Source: an uncultured bacterium (lineage in GTDB: Bacteria; Desulfobacterota; Desulfobulbia; Desulfobulbales; Desulfobulbaceae). Taken from it: DNA of 36,763 nucleotides. Position 1 is the stretch's first letter. The number at the start of each line of letters is the position of its first letter. The position numbers and the translations under genes are program-made. Under the pieces are notes generated by a model, which saw only the letters and a list, made by a program, of their open reading frames with translations, was not told the DNA's origin and ran no database searches. The DNA lies in the NCBI GenBank assembly GCA_903842475.1, contig CAIMMA010000342.1, positions 1 to 36,763 of the forward strand. Reading direction: 5' to 3'. Positions 28,204 to 36,763 of the stretch are shown here, one piece after another.

Positions 28204-28650
28204 TCAAGCTTTGCTCGGTCTCCAGCATTTCCCTGTGCTCAAGCCGATGATAACTACACTGAACATAACCGTGGTCAACCCCAGAGTTAAGCCGATCACA
28301 TTAATCGTCACCCTCGAGGCAAGCACAAATAACACTAAACCCAGCACAACCAGCCGGGCATAAAACCTCAAAAAAAACCTGGTCTTTTCAAAAGTGAACG
28401 CAGCGTTTTCGAGCCCTTCGGCATCAGCGACCCGCTGCATTATCCGCTGAATATCATTTTTCAGCAGCCAAAAACTGCCGTTGGCCAGCACGCCGCCAAT
28501 CAGCACCGAACAGGCAAACGCCAGGCTGTGGAAATACCAACCGGCAGCCGCCAGCACAAGCAACAACCACCCGCTGCAGATCAGGACCCGACGGACCACG
28601 AGGAATTCCGATACGGCACCGTCCCCAAGGGGCTTACCCAAATTATTCAT
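28204..28650 (-). CDS. atpI: ATP synthase protein I
   Basis: Four hydrophobic segments, directly upstream of atpB. Confidence 0.8.
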   Translation of the reverse strand: MNNLGKPLGDGAVSEFLVVRRVLICSGWLLLVLAAAGWYFHSLAFACSVLIGGVLANGSFWLLKNDIQRIMQRVADAEGLENAAFTFEKTRFFLRFYARLVVLGLVLFVLASRVTINVIGLTLGLTTVMFSVVIIGLSTGKCWRPSKA

Positions 28651-28870
28651 CCTGCATCTTCCTGGTCAATTCCCAGAGGTTTTTAAAACCGGCCAAGATG
28701 CCGAAACCCAAAAAAATAAAGGTCAGGTACGGCGCTGTCTTACCGTTAAAAACCTTATTGTCGAGTGCCCAGCCCATACCGAAGCCAATCAGGATGGAAA
28801 AAACAAAGGTCATGCCGACCTGACTGTAGACCGCCAGTTGCCTGAATATTTCTCTGCGCTCATCAGACAT
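28643..28870 (-). CDS. AtpZ/AtpI family 2-TM protein
   Basis: G..F..SILIGFGMGWALD...TAPYL..FLGFGILAGF pattern; SD GGAG. Confidence 0.85.
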   Translation of the reverse strand: MSDERREIFRQLAVYSQVGMTFVFSILIGFGMGWALDNKVFNGKTAPYLTFIFLGFGILAGFKNLWELTRKMQDE

Positions 28871-28954
28871 CCGCCGCTCCTTCTCCACTTTGGGAGACTT
28901 GATAATCGCTGGTACAGGTAGCATGCGCGACTGGCAAGCGCAATATTTTTTTAA

Positions 28955-30244
28955 TTAAACCATCAATTTTTTGAATGACGATTCAGTCACCGCCAGCGCT
29001 TTTTCCAAATGCTCCCGGTCATGTGCAGCTGACAGGAAGGCGGCTTCGAACTGCGAAGGGGCCAGCCAGACGCCGCCAGCCAGCATGTGCCGATAATATT
29101 GTCCGTAACGTCCTGCATCGGCACGCATGGCCGACTCGAAATCGGTGATCGGTTCGGCCGCGAAGAAACAGGTCATCATGGAACCGATCCGGTTAAGGAT
29201 GATCGGAACAGGAAACTTAGCGGCGATTCTGGCCATTTCTTCGCCGAACCAGGTGCTTTTCGCTTCAAGTTCGGTGTAAAAACCTGGCCGGCCGACCACC
29301 TTAAGCATTGCCAGACCAGCCGCCATGGCCAAGGGATTGCCGGACAGTGTTCCGGCCTGATAGACCGGGCCGTCGGGGGCCACCATGTCCATGATCGCTG
29401 CCTTGCCGCCGTAGGCCCCCACCGGCAGGCCACCACCGATGATTTTACCGAGGCAGGTAAGATCCGGGTAGATGCCGAAACGTTCCTGCGCCCCCCCCAG
29501 AGCCAAGCGAAACCCGGTGATAACCTCATCGAAGATCAGCACAATCCCGAGTTCGCTGGTCAACGCCCTGAGCTTGCGCAGGAAACCCATATCAGGCACG
29601 ACCACGCCCATATTGCCGGCCACCGGCTCGACGATGACACAGGCTATATCAAGGGTACTATCCCGCAAGGTCTGCTCCAGCATTGCAATATTATTATAGG
29701 GAATCGACAAGGTGTTGCGGACGATCTCCTCGGGAACGCCGGGACTTCCGGGGATACCGAGGGTGATCACCCCGGAACCGGCTTTCACCAGAAAGGAATC
29801 GGCATGACCGTGATAGCAGCCGTCGAATTTCACTACTTTCTTTTTACCGGTGTAACCGCGTGCCAGGCGGATGGCGCTCATGGTGGCTTCAGTGCCGGAG
29901 TTGACGAACCTGACTTTTTCCAGTGAGGGCATGGCGGCGCATACCATTTCGGCCAACTCGACTTCCAAAGGGCACGGCGCTCCGAAACTGGTGCCATCAA
30001 TCGCGGTCTTTTGGATCGCCTCCACCACCTCCGGATGGGCATGTCCGAGGATCATCGGCCCCCAGGAGCCGACAAAGTCGATGAAGGTATTGCCGTCGAC
30101 ATCGGTAACGATGCACCCAGCCGCTTTTTTAATGAACAGCGGATCGCAGCCGACGGAACGGCAGGCCCTGACCGGTGAATTGACACCGCCTGGTATACGC
30201 TTGGTAGCCTGTGCAAAAAGCTGTGCTGATCGATCCGTATTCAT
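28955..30244 (-). CDS. hemL: Glutamate-1-semialdehyde 2,1-aminomutase
   Basis: PGGVNSPVRA, NSGTEATM, FDEVITGFR, GKIIGGG and YQAGTLSGNP motifs. Confidence 0.98.
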   Translation of the reverse strand: MNTDRSAQLFAQATKRIPGGVNSPVRACRSVGCDPLFIKKAAGCIVTDVDGNTFIDFVGSWGPMILGHAHPEVVEAIQKTAIDGTSFGAPCPLEVELAEMVCAAMPSLEKVRFVNSGTEATMSAIRLARGYTGKKKVVKFDGCYHGHADSFLVKAGSGVITLGIPGSPGVPEEIVRNTLSIPYNNIAMLEQTLRDSTLDIACVIVEPVAGNMGVVVPDMGFLRKLRALTSELGIVLIFDEVITGFRLALGGAQERFGIYPDLTCLGKIIGGGLPVGAYGGKAAIMDMVAPDGPVYQAGTLSGNPLAMAAGLAMLKVVGRPGFYTELEAKSTWFGEEMARIAAKFPVPIILNRIGSMMTCFFAAEPITDFESAMRADAGRYGQYYRHMLAGGVWLAPSQFEAAFLSAAHDREHLEKALAVTESSFKKLMV

Positions 30245-30395
30245 GGGGCTCCTGATGAATAATCCGACAAAGAGGGTTGTGGGCCTGATTGGGCCCAGAC
30301 GGTCCTTTATAGCATGGAGGTTTTTCGGATGTCAAAACCAAAACGAAATGAGGCGAAGGCGCACTTGACAGTCACCGAAAGATATCAATTTTTTC

Positions 30396-30424
30396 TTGTC
30401 ACCACTTGAAGCGCAAGGTAGAAT
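30396..30424 (+). promoter_or_regulatory. Sigma70 promoter of trxA
   Basis: TTGTCA-17 nt-TAGAAT, 90 nt upstream of the ATG. Confidence 0.65.
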
Positions 30425-30514
30425 GGCTTCCTGTATATTCATTTATTATTTAACCATTTAGAATTCATAAAACTTCCCCCTGTTTTCGATGGCTGATCAA
30501 AAGGAGAGATAAAG

Positions 30515-30844
<330 letters not shown>

Positions 30845-30855
30845 ACCTTTTTTCC

Positions 30856-30901
30856 GGCACGATCTCTTTGCGCGCACCGCAAAAGATCGTGCCTTCTTTT
30901 T
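30856..30901 (+). terminator. Intrinsic terminator between trxA and trxB
   Basis: GGCACGATCT-c-TTTGCG-cgcac-CGCAAA-AGATCGTGCC followed by TTCTTTTT. Confidence 0.8.
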
Positions 30902-30914
30902 GGTAAAAGCGACC

Positions 30915-31874
30915 ATGCAACAGGCACAATATCAGCTCATAATCGTCGGGGGCGGCCCGGCGGGCCTGACGGCCGGATTGTATGCCGCCCGTGGTCGTCT
31001 GAAAACCTTACTCGTTGAAAAAGGCACCACCGGCGGCCAGGTGCTGGTCACCGACTGGGTCGACAATTATCCGGGATTTGAAGAGGGCATTTCCGGATTT
31101 GATCTGATCGATAAGATGACCGCCCATGCGGATCGATTCGGGCTTGAAAAAAAATTCGCGACCATCACTTCCCTCAACCTGGTCGGCGACCTTAAAACAA
31201 TCACCCTGGATAACGGCGAAGTGCTCACCGCCAAGACCGTCATCCTCTGCACCGGTGCCAAACCCCGCAAACTCGATATCCCCGGCGAATACGAATTTTC
31301 CGGTCGCGGGGTATCGTATTGCGCCACCTGCGACGGCCCATTTTATCGGAACCAGGAGATCGCCGTAGTCGGGGGGGGCAACACCGCCATCCAGGATGCC
31401 CTGCATTTGACCAAATTCGCCTCGAAGGTCACGGTGATTCACCGGCGGAGCGAACTGCGGGCCACCAAAATTCTCCAGGAAAAGGCCTTCTGCAATCAAA
31501 AGATCGATTTCCTTTGGAACACCCAGGTCAAGGAAATCAGGGGCGGGAAAAATGGGGTGGAAGAGTTGTTACTCGTCCACCATGGCGGCGACCAATCAAA
31601 CCTGAAAGTAACCGGCATCTTTGTTCTGATTGGAATTGCCGCCAACAACGCCATCCTGCCATTGGATCAGCTGCACACCGATACAGCCGGTTTTGTCGTC
31701 ACTGACCCAGAAATGGCGACAAATATCGCCGGTGTCTATGCCGCCGGGGACATCCGCAGTAAACGTTCCCGTCAAATCATCAATGCCGCTGGCGAGGGAG
31801 CGGTCGCTGAATTATCTGCCGAGCATTTTCTCGGCAACCAGGCGCCGGACCAACCTCTCAACTGCAGCGAATAA
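30915..31874 (+). CDS. trxB: Thioredoxin-disulfide reductase
   Basis: GGGPAG, GVSYCATCDG, VGGGNTA, HRR and GVYAAGD motifs. Confidence 0.97.
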   Translation: MQQAQYQLIIVGGGPAGLTAGLYAARGRLKTLLVEKGTTGGQVLVTDWVDNYPGFEEGISGFDLIDKMTAHADRFGLEKKFATITSLNLVGDLKTITLDNGEVLTAKTVILCTGAKPRKLDIPGEYEFSGRGVSYCATCDGPFYRNQEIAVVGGGNTAIQDALHLTKFASKVTVIHRRSELRATKILQEKAFCNQKIDFLWNTQVKEIRGGKNGVEELLLVHHGGDQSNLKVTGIFVLIGIAANNAILPLDQLHTDTAGFVVTDPEMATNIAGVYAAGDIRSKRSRQIINAAGEGAVAELSAEHFLGNQAPDQPLNCSE

Positions 31875-31886
31875 GGGGCTTCTACC

Positions 31887-32747
31887 ATGTCGCAACACAT
31901 CCTATCATCCAACCGGTGCAAGCATCTGCTGCTAATTTTTCTGCTGTTCGCAGCAACTACGCTTTCAGGCTGCTCCACCTTCAGCGGCATGTTCAACAAA
32001 TTCTCTTTCGGCGAGGAAGAAGATCCGAAATCCCTCCCGCCCGACGCCTTGATTGTTCAGGGGATGGATGCCTATGATGTCGGCAATTACAGCGATGCCA
32101 TCAAGTCCTTCAAACTCATCCTCGACGAGCACCCCTTCAGTGCCCAAGCCATGCTGGCCGAGCTGAAAGCCGCCGACGCCCACTACTACAACAAGCAATA
32201 CCCTGAAGCCAAGGTGCTGTACAAAGCTTTCGAGGAGCGGCACCCGACCAACGAAGCCATTCCATATGTCCTGTTCCAGATCGGCATGTGCGACTTCAGC
32301 CGTACGGATCGCATTGATCGGGACACCTCCGGCCCCAAGGATGCCATCAAATCCTTTACCCGCGTCCTGCAGTCCTACCCCCAGTCACCGTATGCCAAAG
32401 AAGCCAAAGCCAGGATTAAAGACGCCAAAGAGTTCCTGGTCAATCACGAGTACATGGTTGCGGTTTTTTATGTCCGGACCAATCATTACACGGAGGCCAA
32501 ACATCGGCTGAAATATCTGCTCGCCATGTACCCCGACTCTTCCCTGGCGCCACAGGCCAAGGCCTTGCTGGCACAACTGGAGAGCGACAATCCGCCGGTC
32601 TGGGGCATGCGGAAATGGCTGCCGGAATTCATGACCACCGCTCCGGCCGACCGAAAAGCCGCAGCCCAACCCGACGAGACACCGACTACAGCGACTCCGG
32701 CGAGCGAACCGGCCAAGGTGGACGAGCCGGTCACTCCGGCGCGGTAA
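31887..32747 (+). CDS. bamD: Outer membrane protein assembly factor BamD (lipoprotein)
   Basis: Lipobox TLSGC; TPR repeats HPFS, HPTN, DRD, YPQSPY and HEYMVAVFY. Confidence 0.92.
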   Translation: MSQHILSSNRCKHLLLIFLLFAATTLSGCSTFSGMFNKFSFGEEEDPKSLPPDALIVQGMDAYDVGNYSDAIKSFKLILDEHPFSAQAMLAELKAADAHYYNKQYPEAKVLYKAFEERHPTNEAIPYVLFQIGMCDFSRTDRIDRDTSGPKDAIKSFTRVLQSYPQSPYAKEAKARIKDAKEFLVNHEYMVAVFYVRTNHYTEAKHRLKYLLAMYPDSSLAPQAKALLAQLESDNPPVWGMRKWLPEFMTTAPADRKAAAQPDETPTTATPASEPAKVDEPVTPAR

Positions 32748-33369
32748 CCTTCGCACCGTGGCAGCCAGCCCTGAGCAGGGGATGTGCCGCCAGCCACGTC
32801 AGCATCACCTCAACATCTTGCTCGGTGTTGAGGGTGATGCACGTACCTTCCTCTCCGACCCCTGGCATTGTAAAAGTGGCCTTCTGATGCTGGTAGATTT
32901 CCCATCGGCCATCGGAAACGGCCTCTGGATCACGGGCCCGACCATCGAGCCGGAACTGCACCTCCGCATCCGAGCAGGTGCAGAAGATAAACACACTCCG
33001 GGCGCCGATTTCCTCGGCCACCTGCCTGACCTGCTCACGATCCTGCCTGCGACTGTACGAACCATCAAGGACCACCATCTCGTATCCTTGGGCAAAATCC
33101 TTACGGGCCCGATCGAGCATGGCATGGTAGGTCTTCTCGGTAAAATCGGCGGAATAAATCCCCCCCGCGATCTGATCCGGACGGCGATCCGTAGGCTGCA
33201 GACCCGCCAGTTCCTTTCGCACCCGGTCGGTGTTGTGATAACTCGCCCCGCAGTCCCGTGCAAAAGCCTGACCAAGGGTGGATTTCCCCGAAGCGGTCAT
33301 GCCGAAAAAAACCGTCACCAGGCGCTTGCCGATGCCGGGAAGGCCAGGGTCGCTCTCAGGCCGCGGCAT
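32731..33369 (-). CDS. P-loop kinase / AAA_33 family (COG0645-like)
   Basis: GMTASGKST, TDRVRKELAG, VVLDGSY and SDGRWEIY motifs; start uncertain. Confidence 0.85.
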   Translation of the reverse strand: MPRPESDPGLPGIGKRLVTVFFGMTASGKSTLGQAFARDCGASYHNTDRVRKELAGLQPTDRRPDQIAGGIYSADFTEKTYHAMLDRARKDFAQGYEMVVLDGSYSRRQDREQVRQVAEEIGARSVFIFCTCSDAEVQFRLDGRARDPEAVSDGRWEIYQHQKATFTMPGVGEEGTCITLNTEQDVEVMLTWLAAHPLLRAGCHGAKVTAPE

Positions 33370-34375
33370 ATCGCTGGGCCAGGATAAAATACTTGGCTCC
33401 GTTTTCCAGGCAGGCTGCTTTGACCGCTGGATCAACAGCAGGATCGCTTGCCGTAAAAAGGCTTATCTTGCCACGGACATAAGCGCGATAGCATTTATAA
33501 AAATTGAGCATCCCCATCAATCCTGGATCAGCCGTTTTCCGGATAAAGCCTTCGATAAACCGATGCGCCAGCGCATCGAGTCCATAAAAATCCAGATCCA
33601 TTGCCAGAAAGGCCACATCACTGGCCACATCGCAATACCGGAAGCGCTGGTTGAATTCGATGCAGTCGTAAATGTGGACCTTGTCATCTAGACAGATGTT
33701 GGCGGAGTAGAGGTCGCCGTGGCAGTCCCGGATAAAACCGCCGTCGATTCGTTGCTGGAACAGTTCCTCCCGGGCGAGCACTCCCCGGGCATAGCTGGAG
33801 ATCTGATCAAACTGATCCTGCCGCAGTGCCCCCTGCCCGATGAAGCTTCTAGTCTGGTCGAAATTTTCGAGCACATTGACACCAACCGCCGCCGCGGTGC
33901 CGAACCGTTTGATTTCGTCGCTGCCGTCGGCTCGTTGATAGAAATCCGCCAGCACCTCCACCAAGGCATCGATGTGGGAGACGCTCAACTCGCCTGAACG
34001 GATAAGCTGCGCCATCATGCGTTCTTCCGGCATCCGCACCATTTTCACCCCATACTCGACGACCTCGCCTTTGCCGTTGAGCTGCCAACGCCCGTCCGGT
34101 TCGGCGGTGACCTCAACCAGGCCAAGATAAATATCGGGGCAGAGCCGGCGATTAAGCAGCAGTTCCTGTTGACAACAATGATGCCGTTTGTCGAGATCGG
34201 AAAAGTCGAGAAAGCCGAAATTCACTGATTTTTTGAATTTATAGACAAACCCACCGGCAAGGATCACATAAGAGATGTGGGTCTGGACAAGCCGGATATC
34301 CGGTGCGGGATGGTCGTAACGATCAGCCTGCAGCAACGCCTGCAGAAAAAGAGGCAGATGGCCATTATTAAGCAT
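33356..34375 (-). CDS. Aminoglycoside phosphotransferase-like kinase (COG2187-like)
   Basis: QTHISYVIL, FLDFS, LNRRL, DCHGDLYSANI, DCIEFN and YRAYVRGK motifs; SD GGAG before ATG 34375. Confidence 0.88.
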   Translation of the reverse strand: MLNNGHLPLFLQALLQADRYDHPAPDIRLVQTHISYVILAGGFVYKFKKSVNFGFLDFSDLDKRHHCCQQELLLNRRLCPDIYLGLVEVTAEPDGRWQLNGKGEVVEYGVKMVRMPEERMMAQLIRSGELSVSHIDALVEVLADFYQRADGSDEIKRFGTAAAVGVNVLENFDQTRSFIGQGALRQDQFDQISSYARGVLAREELFQQRIDGGFIRDCHGDLYSANICLDDKVHIYDCIEFNQRFRYCDVASDVAFLAMDLDFYGLDALAHRFIEGFIRKTADPGLMGMLNFYKCYRAYVRGKISLFTASDPAVDPAVKAACLENGAKYFILAQRYAAA

Positions 34376-34517
34376 GGGAAGTTCTCCAACTGCAACGGGC
34401 AGCCATATTTGAATTAGGATTGGCGGCAATGTAACAGAAGCGGCAGCCAGCGTAAACTGTTTACGAGCCGATTTCTCCGTGGTAGAGTCCGGGCTCAATC
34501 TCAACGAGTCACTTTCC

Positions 34518-35273
34518 ATGAATGAACAGAGCCTTACCGCACTTTTACAGCAAGTCCAAACCGGCGAACTCGATATCAACCAGGCCCTTGAACGGCTCCG
34601 CCACTGGCCGGTTGAGGTCCTGCAATCCGCCAGGATAGACCACCACCGTACCCTCCGCACCGGACTACCCGAGGCGGTTTTCGGCGAAAACAAGTCGGCC
34701 GAACAGATGATCGAAATCCTCGCGGCCCTGCAGCGCATGCCCGCGGTGGTTCTGGCCACTCGGGTGTCGAAGGAAAAGGCCGAGATCATCCTCGCCCATG
34801 TCAGCGGACTGACGTATCATCCCGCGGCACGGATTCTCACCGGCAACGATCAACACATCCCAGTCGGCAAGGCCTGCGGTACAGTGGTGATTGTCACCGC
34901 CGGCACCTCGGATCTGCCGGTGGCCGAAGAGGCCAAAGTCACCCTCCAATGGTCCGGTCATCCCGTGGAAACCATCTATGACGCCGGCGTTGCCGGGATT
35001 CACCGCATCCTGGCGCATTCCGCCCTGCTTTGCCGCGCCAAGGTCATTATTGTCGCGGCCGGCATGGAAGGCGCCCTGCCTTCGGTGGTTGCCGGCATGA
35101 CCGGCGCTCCGGTGGTCGCAGTACCCACCAGCATAGGGTACGGCGCCGGCGCCGGCGGCTATTCCGCCCTGCTCGGCATGCTCAACAGCTGTTCTCCCGG
35201 TCTTGCCGTGGTCAATATCGACAACGGGTTCGGGGCGGCCTGCATGGCTGCAGCCATTAACCGGAAGCCCTGA
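34518..35273 (+). CDS. larB: Nickel-pincer cofactor biosynthesis carboxylase LarB (PurE-like)
   Basis: DHHR..RTGLPEAVFGENK, AGTSDLPVAEEA, AGMEGALPSV, VPTSIGYG, LNSC and NIDNGFGAA motifs. Confidence 0.95.
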   Translation: MNEQSLTALLQQVQTGELDINQALERLRHWPVEVLQSARIDHHRTLRTGLPEAVFGENKSAEQMIEILAALQRMPAVVLATRVSKEKAEIILAHVSGLTYHPAARILTGNDQHIPVGKACGTVVIVTAGTSDLPVAEEAKVTLQWSGHPVETIYDAGVAGIHRILAHSALLCRAKVIIVAAGMEGALPSVVAGMTGAPVVAVPTSIGYGAGAGGYSALLGMLNSCSPGLAVVNIDNGFGAACMAAAINRKP

Positions 35274-35360
35274 CTCCACGATTTCAGGTCGCCCACTGCA
35301 CCCTCCATCTGGAGGAGCCCCCGCCGCCTCCCTTTTTCCGCCCAAAAAGCGAACGCAGCA

Positions 35361-35389
35361 TTGCATGATGGACCGTATCAACGTATAAT
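35361..35389 (+). promoter_or_regulatory. Sigma70 promoter of secD
   Basis: TTGCAT-17 nt-TATAAT, 65 nt upstream of the ATG. Confidence 0.7.
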
Positions 35390-35454
35390 CCATCCATTTT
35401 GCGTAGCCATTTTTCCATGGTCCAATCTTTCATCCAGCCACAGGTACCCTGTCA

Positions 35455-36763
35455 ATGAATTCCAGCTTAAAGATTAAAATCGGGCTAGTGCTCTCCCTCC
35501 TGTTTTTTTCTGCCATCGCCCTGACACCTTCCTTGTACAACGGTGTACCGGACTGGTGGAAAAAATACCTGGCTCCCCCGGGACTTAAACTTGGGCTTGA
35601 TCTGCAAGGAGGGATGCACATCGTTCTCCAGGTCGATATGGAAAAGGCAGCGGAAAATTCACTGGATCTTGCCGCTTCCGATTTCAAAAACGCACTCGCA
35701 GGAAAAAACATTAATGCCGTCCGGATGGGTTCGGGCAGTCCTAAAATCATCCTGTTTACCCTGCCGAATATCGGCGCCATTGACACCGTTAAACAAATTC
35801 TCAAAGATAATTTTGCCAATCTAGAGAGTCAGGTGCTGGCCGAAGAGGGCACATTCCCTCGAATAACGCTCCAACTCAAAAAAGAAGAAATCGATTTTAT
35901 TCAGAAAAATGCCGTTGGCCAGTCGCTGGAAATTATCAGAAACCGCATCGACCAGTTCGGGGTCGCGGAACCGATTGTACTCCGCCAGGGCGACAACCAG
36001 ATCGTTGTCCAATTACCCGGCGTCAAGGATCCCAAACGGGCCATGGACCTTATCGGCCAGACCGCACAACTCGAGTTCAAATTGGTCGCCGATACCCCGG
36101 GAATCAATCTGGCCGATATGGTCAATGAGACGATTAAAACTGGTCAGTGGCGTGAGGGCGAGAACCGAAAACAGTTGAACCTGGCGCTGCAAAGCCGATT
36201 GCCCAAGGGCACGGAAATTTATTTTGAGAAGGTGGTCGACAACCAGACCAAACGGGAGTCGAAGATCCCGATTCTCTTGGAAAATCCTGTCCTAATGACC
36301 GGCGAGATGGTCAAAAATGCTCAGGTCCGAATCGGCGGCACCTTCAATGAACCTTATGTCAGCCTGGATCTCACCGGGCATGGCGGCCAGGTCTTTGCCA
36401 AAGTCACCGAAAAATACGTCGGCAAACGGTTTGCCATCGTCCTTGATGATATCGTCCGTTCAGCCCCGGTCATCAGGGAAAAAATTCTGGGCGGCAGCGC
36501 CCAGATTTCCGGCAGCTTCAGCCATAATGAAGCGACCGATCTGGCTATTGTCCTTCGAGCCGGCGCTCTGCCGGCACCGGTCGATATCGTCCAGAACCTG
36601 ACCGTCGGAGCCAGTCTTGGCCAGGACTCCATCAACAAGGGCATCTATTCAGGTGTGTTTGGCACCCTGATGGTGGTCATTTTTATGGTTTTTTATTACC
36701 GGCTTTCCGGGGTGATCGCCAATGTGGCCATGGTTCTCAACATTTTCCTGCTTTTCGTCGGTC
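35455..36763 (+). CDS. secD: Protein translocase subunit SecD (runs off the window end; not in ORF track)
   Basis: Hand translation: MNSSLKIKIG..LKLGLDLQGGMH, IRNRIDQFGVAEP, IVVQLPG, AIVLD, LRAGALPAP, VGASLGQDSI. Confidence 0.96.
   Translation, partial: MNSSLKIKIGLVLSLLFFSAIALTPSLYNGVPDWWKKYLAPPGLKLGLDLQGGMHIVLQVDMEKAAENSLDLAASDFKNALAGKNINAVRMGSGSPKIILFTLPNIGAIDTVKQILKDNFANLESQVLAEEGTFPRITLQLKKEEIDFIQKNAVGQSLEIIRNRIDQFGVAEPIVLRQGDNQIVVQLPGVKDPKRAMDLIGQTAQLEFKLVADTPGINLADMVNETIKTGQWREGENRKQLNLALQSRLPKGTEIYFEKVVDNQTKRESKIPILLENPVLMTGEMVKNAQVRIGGTFNEPYVSLDLTGHGGQVFAKVTEKYVGKRFAIVLDDIVRSAPVIREKILGGSAQISGSFSHNEATDLAIVLRAGALPAPVDIVQNLTVGASLGQDSINKGIYSGVFGTLMVVIFMVFYYRLSGVIANVAMVLNIFLLFVG

Noticed and set aside
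27132-28870. Apparently incomplete ATP synthase operon (no atpFHAGDC)
   Set aside because: Split atp operons are normal in Desulfobacterota.
31830-31874. TrxB C-terminal tail ending NCSE, as a possible selenocysteine/redox tail
   Set aside because: The stop is TAA rather than TGA, there is a single Cys and no SECIS-like hairpin is evident.
34376-34789. 138-aa N-terminal extension of the APH-like ORF in the track
   Set aside because: It overlaps larB on the opposite strand; family similarity and an SD begin at ATG 34375.

Overview
Gene-dense bacterial chromosomal window that is mostly housekeeping. Gene content and order (zapB-zapA-6S-rny, split atpZ-I-B-E cluster next to hemL, HDOD protein, LarB, UbiD) suggest a sulfate-reducing Desulfobacterota, probably Desulfobulbales; this is inference from gene order. 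About 39 CDS, one 6S RNA, several intrinsic terminators and sigma70-type promoters. I saw no tRNA, rRNA, CRISPR array, integrase or transposase. The most unusual items are: (1) an orphan 581-aa ParB-type CTPase/HTH protein fused to an N-terminal domain that looks like a catalytically dead N-formylglutamate-amidohydrolase fold, at the end of a tightly coupled HDOD / hybrid kinase / YihY operon; (2) a ~440-nt highly structured leader between 6S RNA and rny; (3) a 56-aa six-cysteine DnaJ-type zinc-ribbon microprotein missing from the ORF track, preceded by an element with mutually exclusive helices; (4) an atypical glycogen synthase lacking the KxGG lysine, coupled to an unknown gene and gap. All calls come from motif reading by eye; no searches were run.
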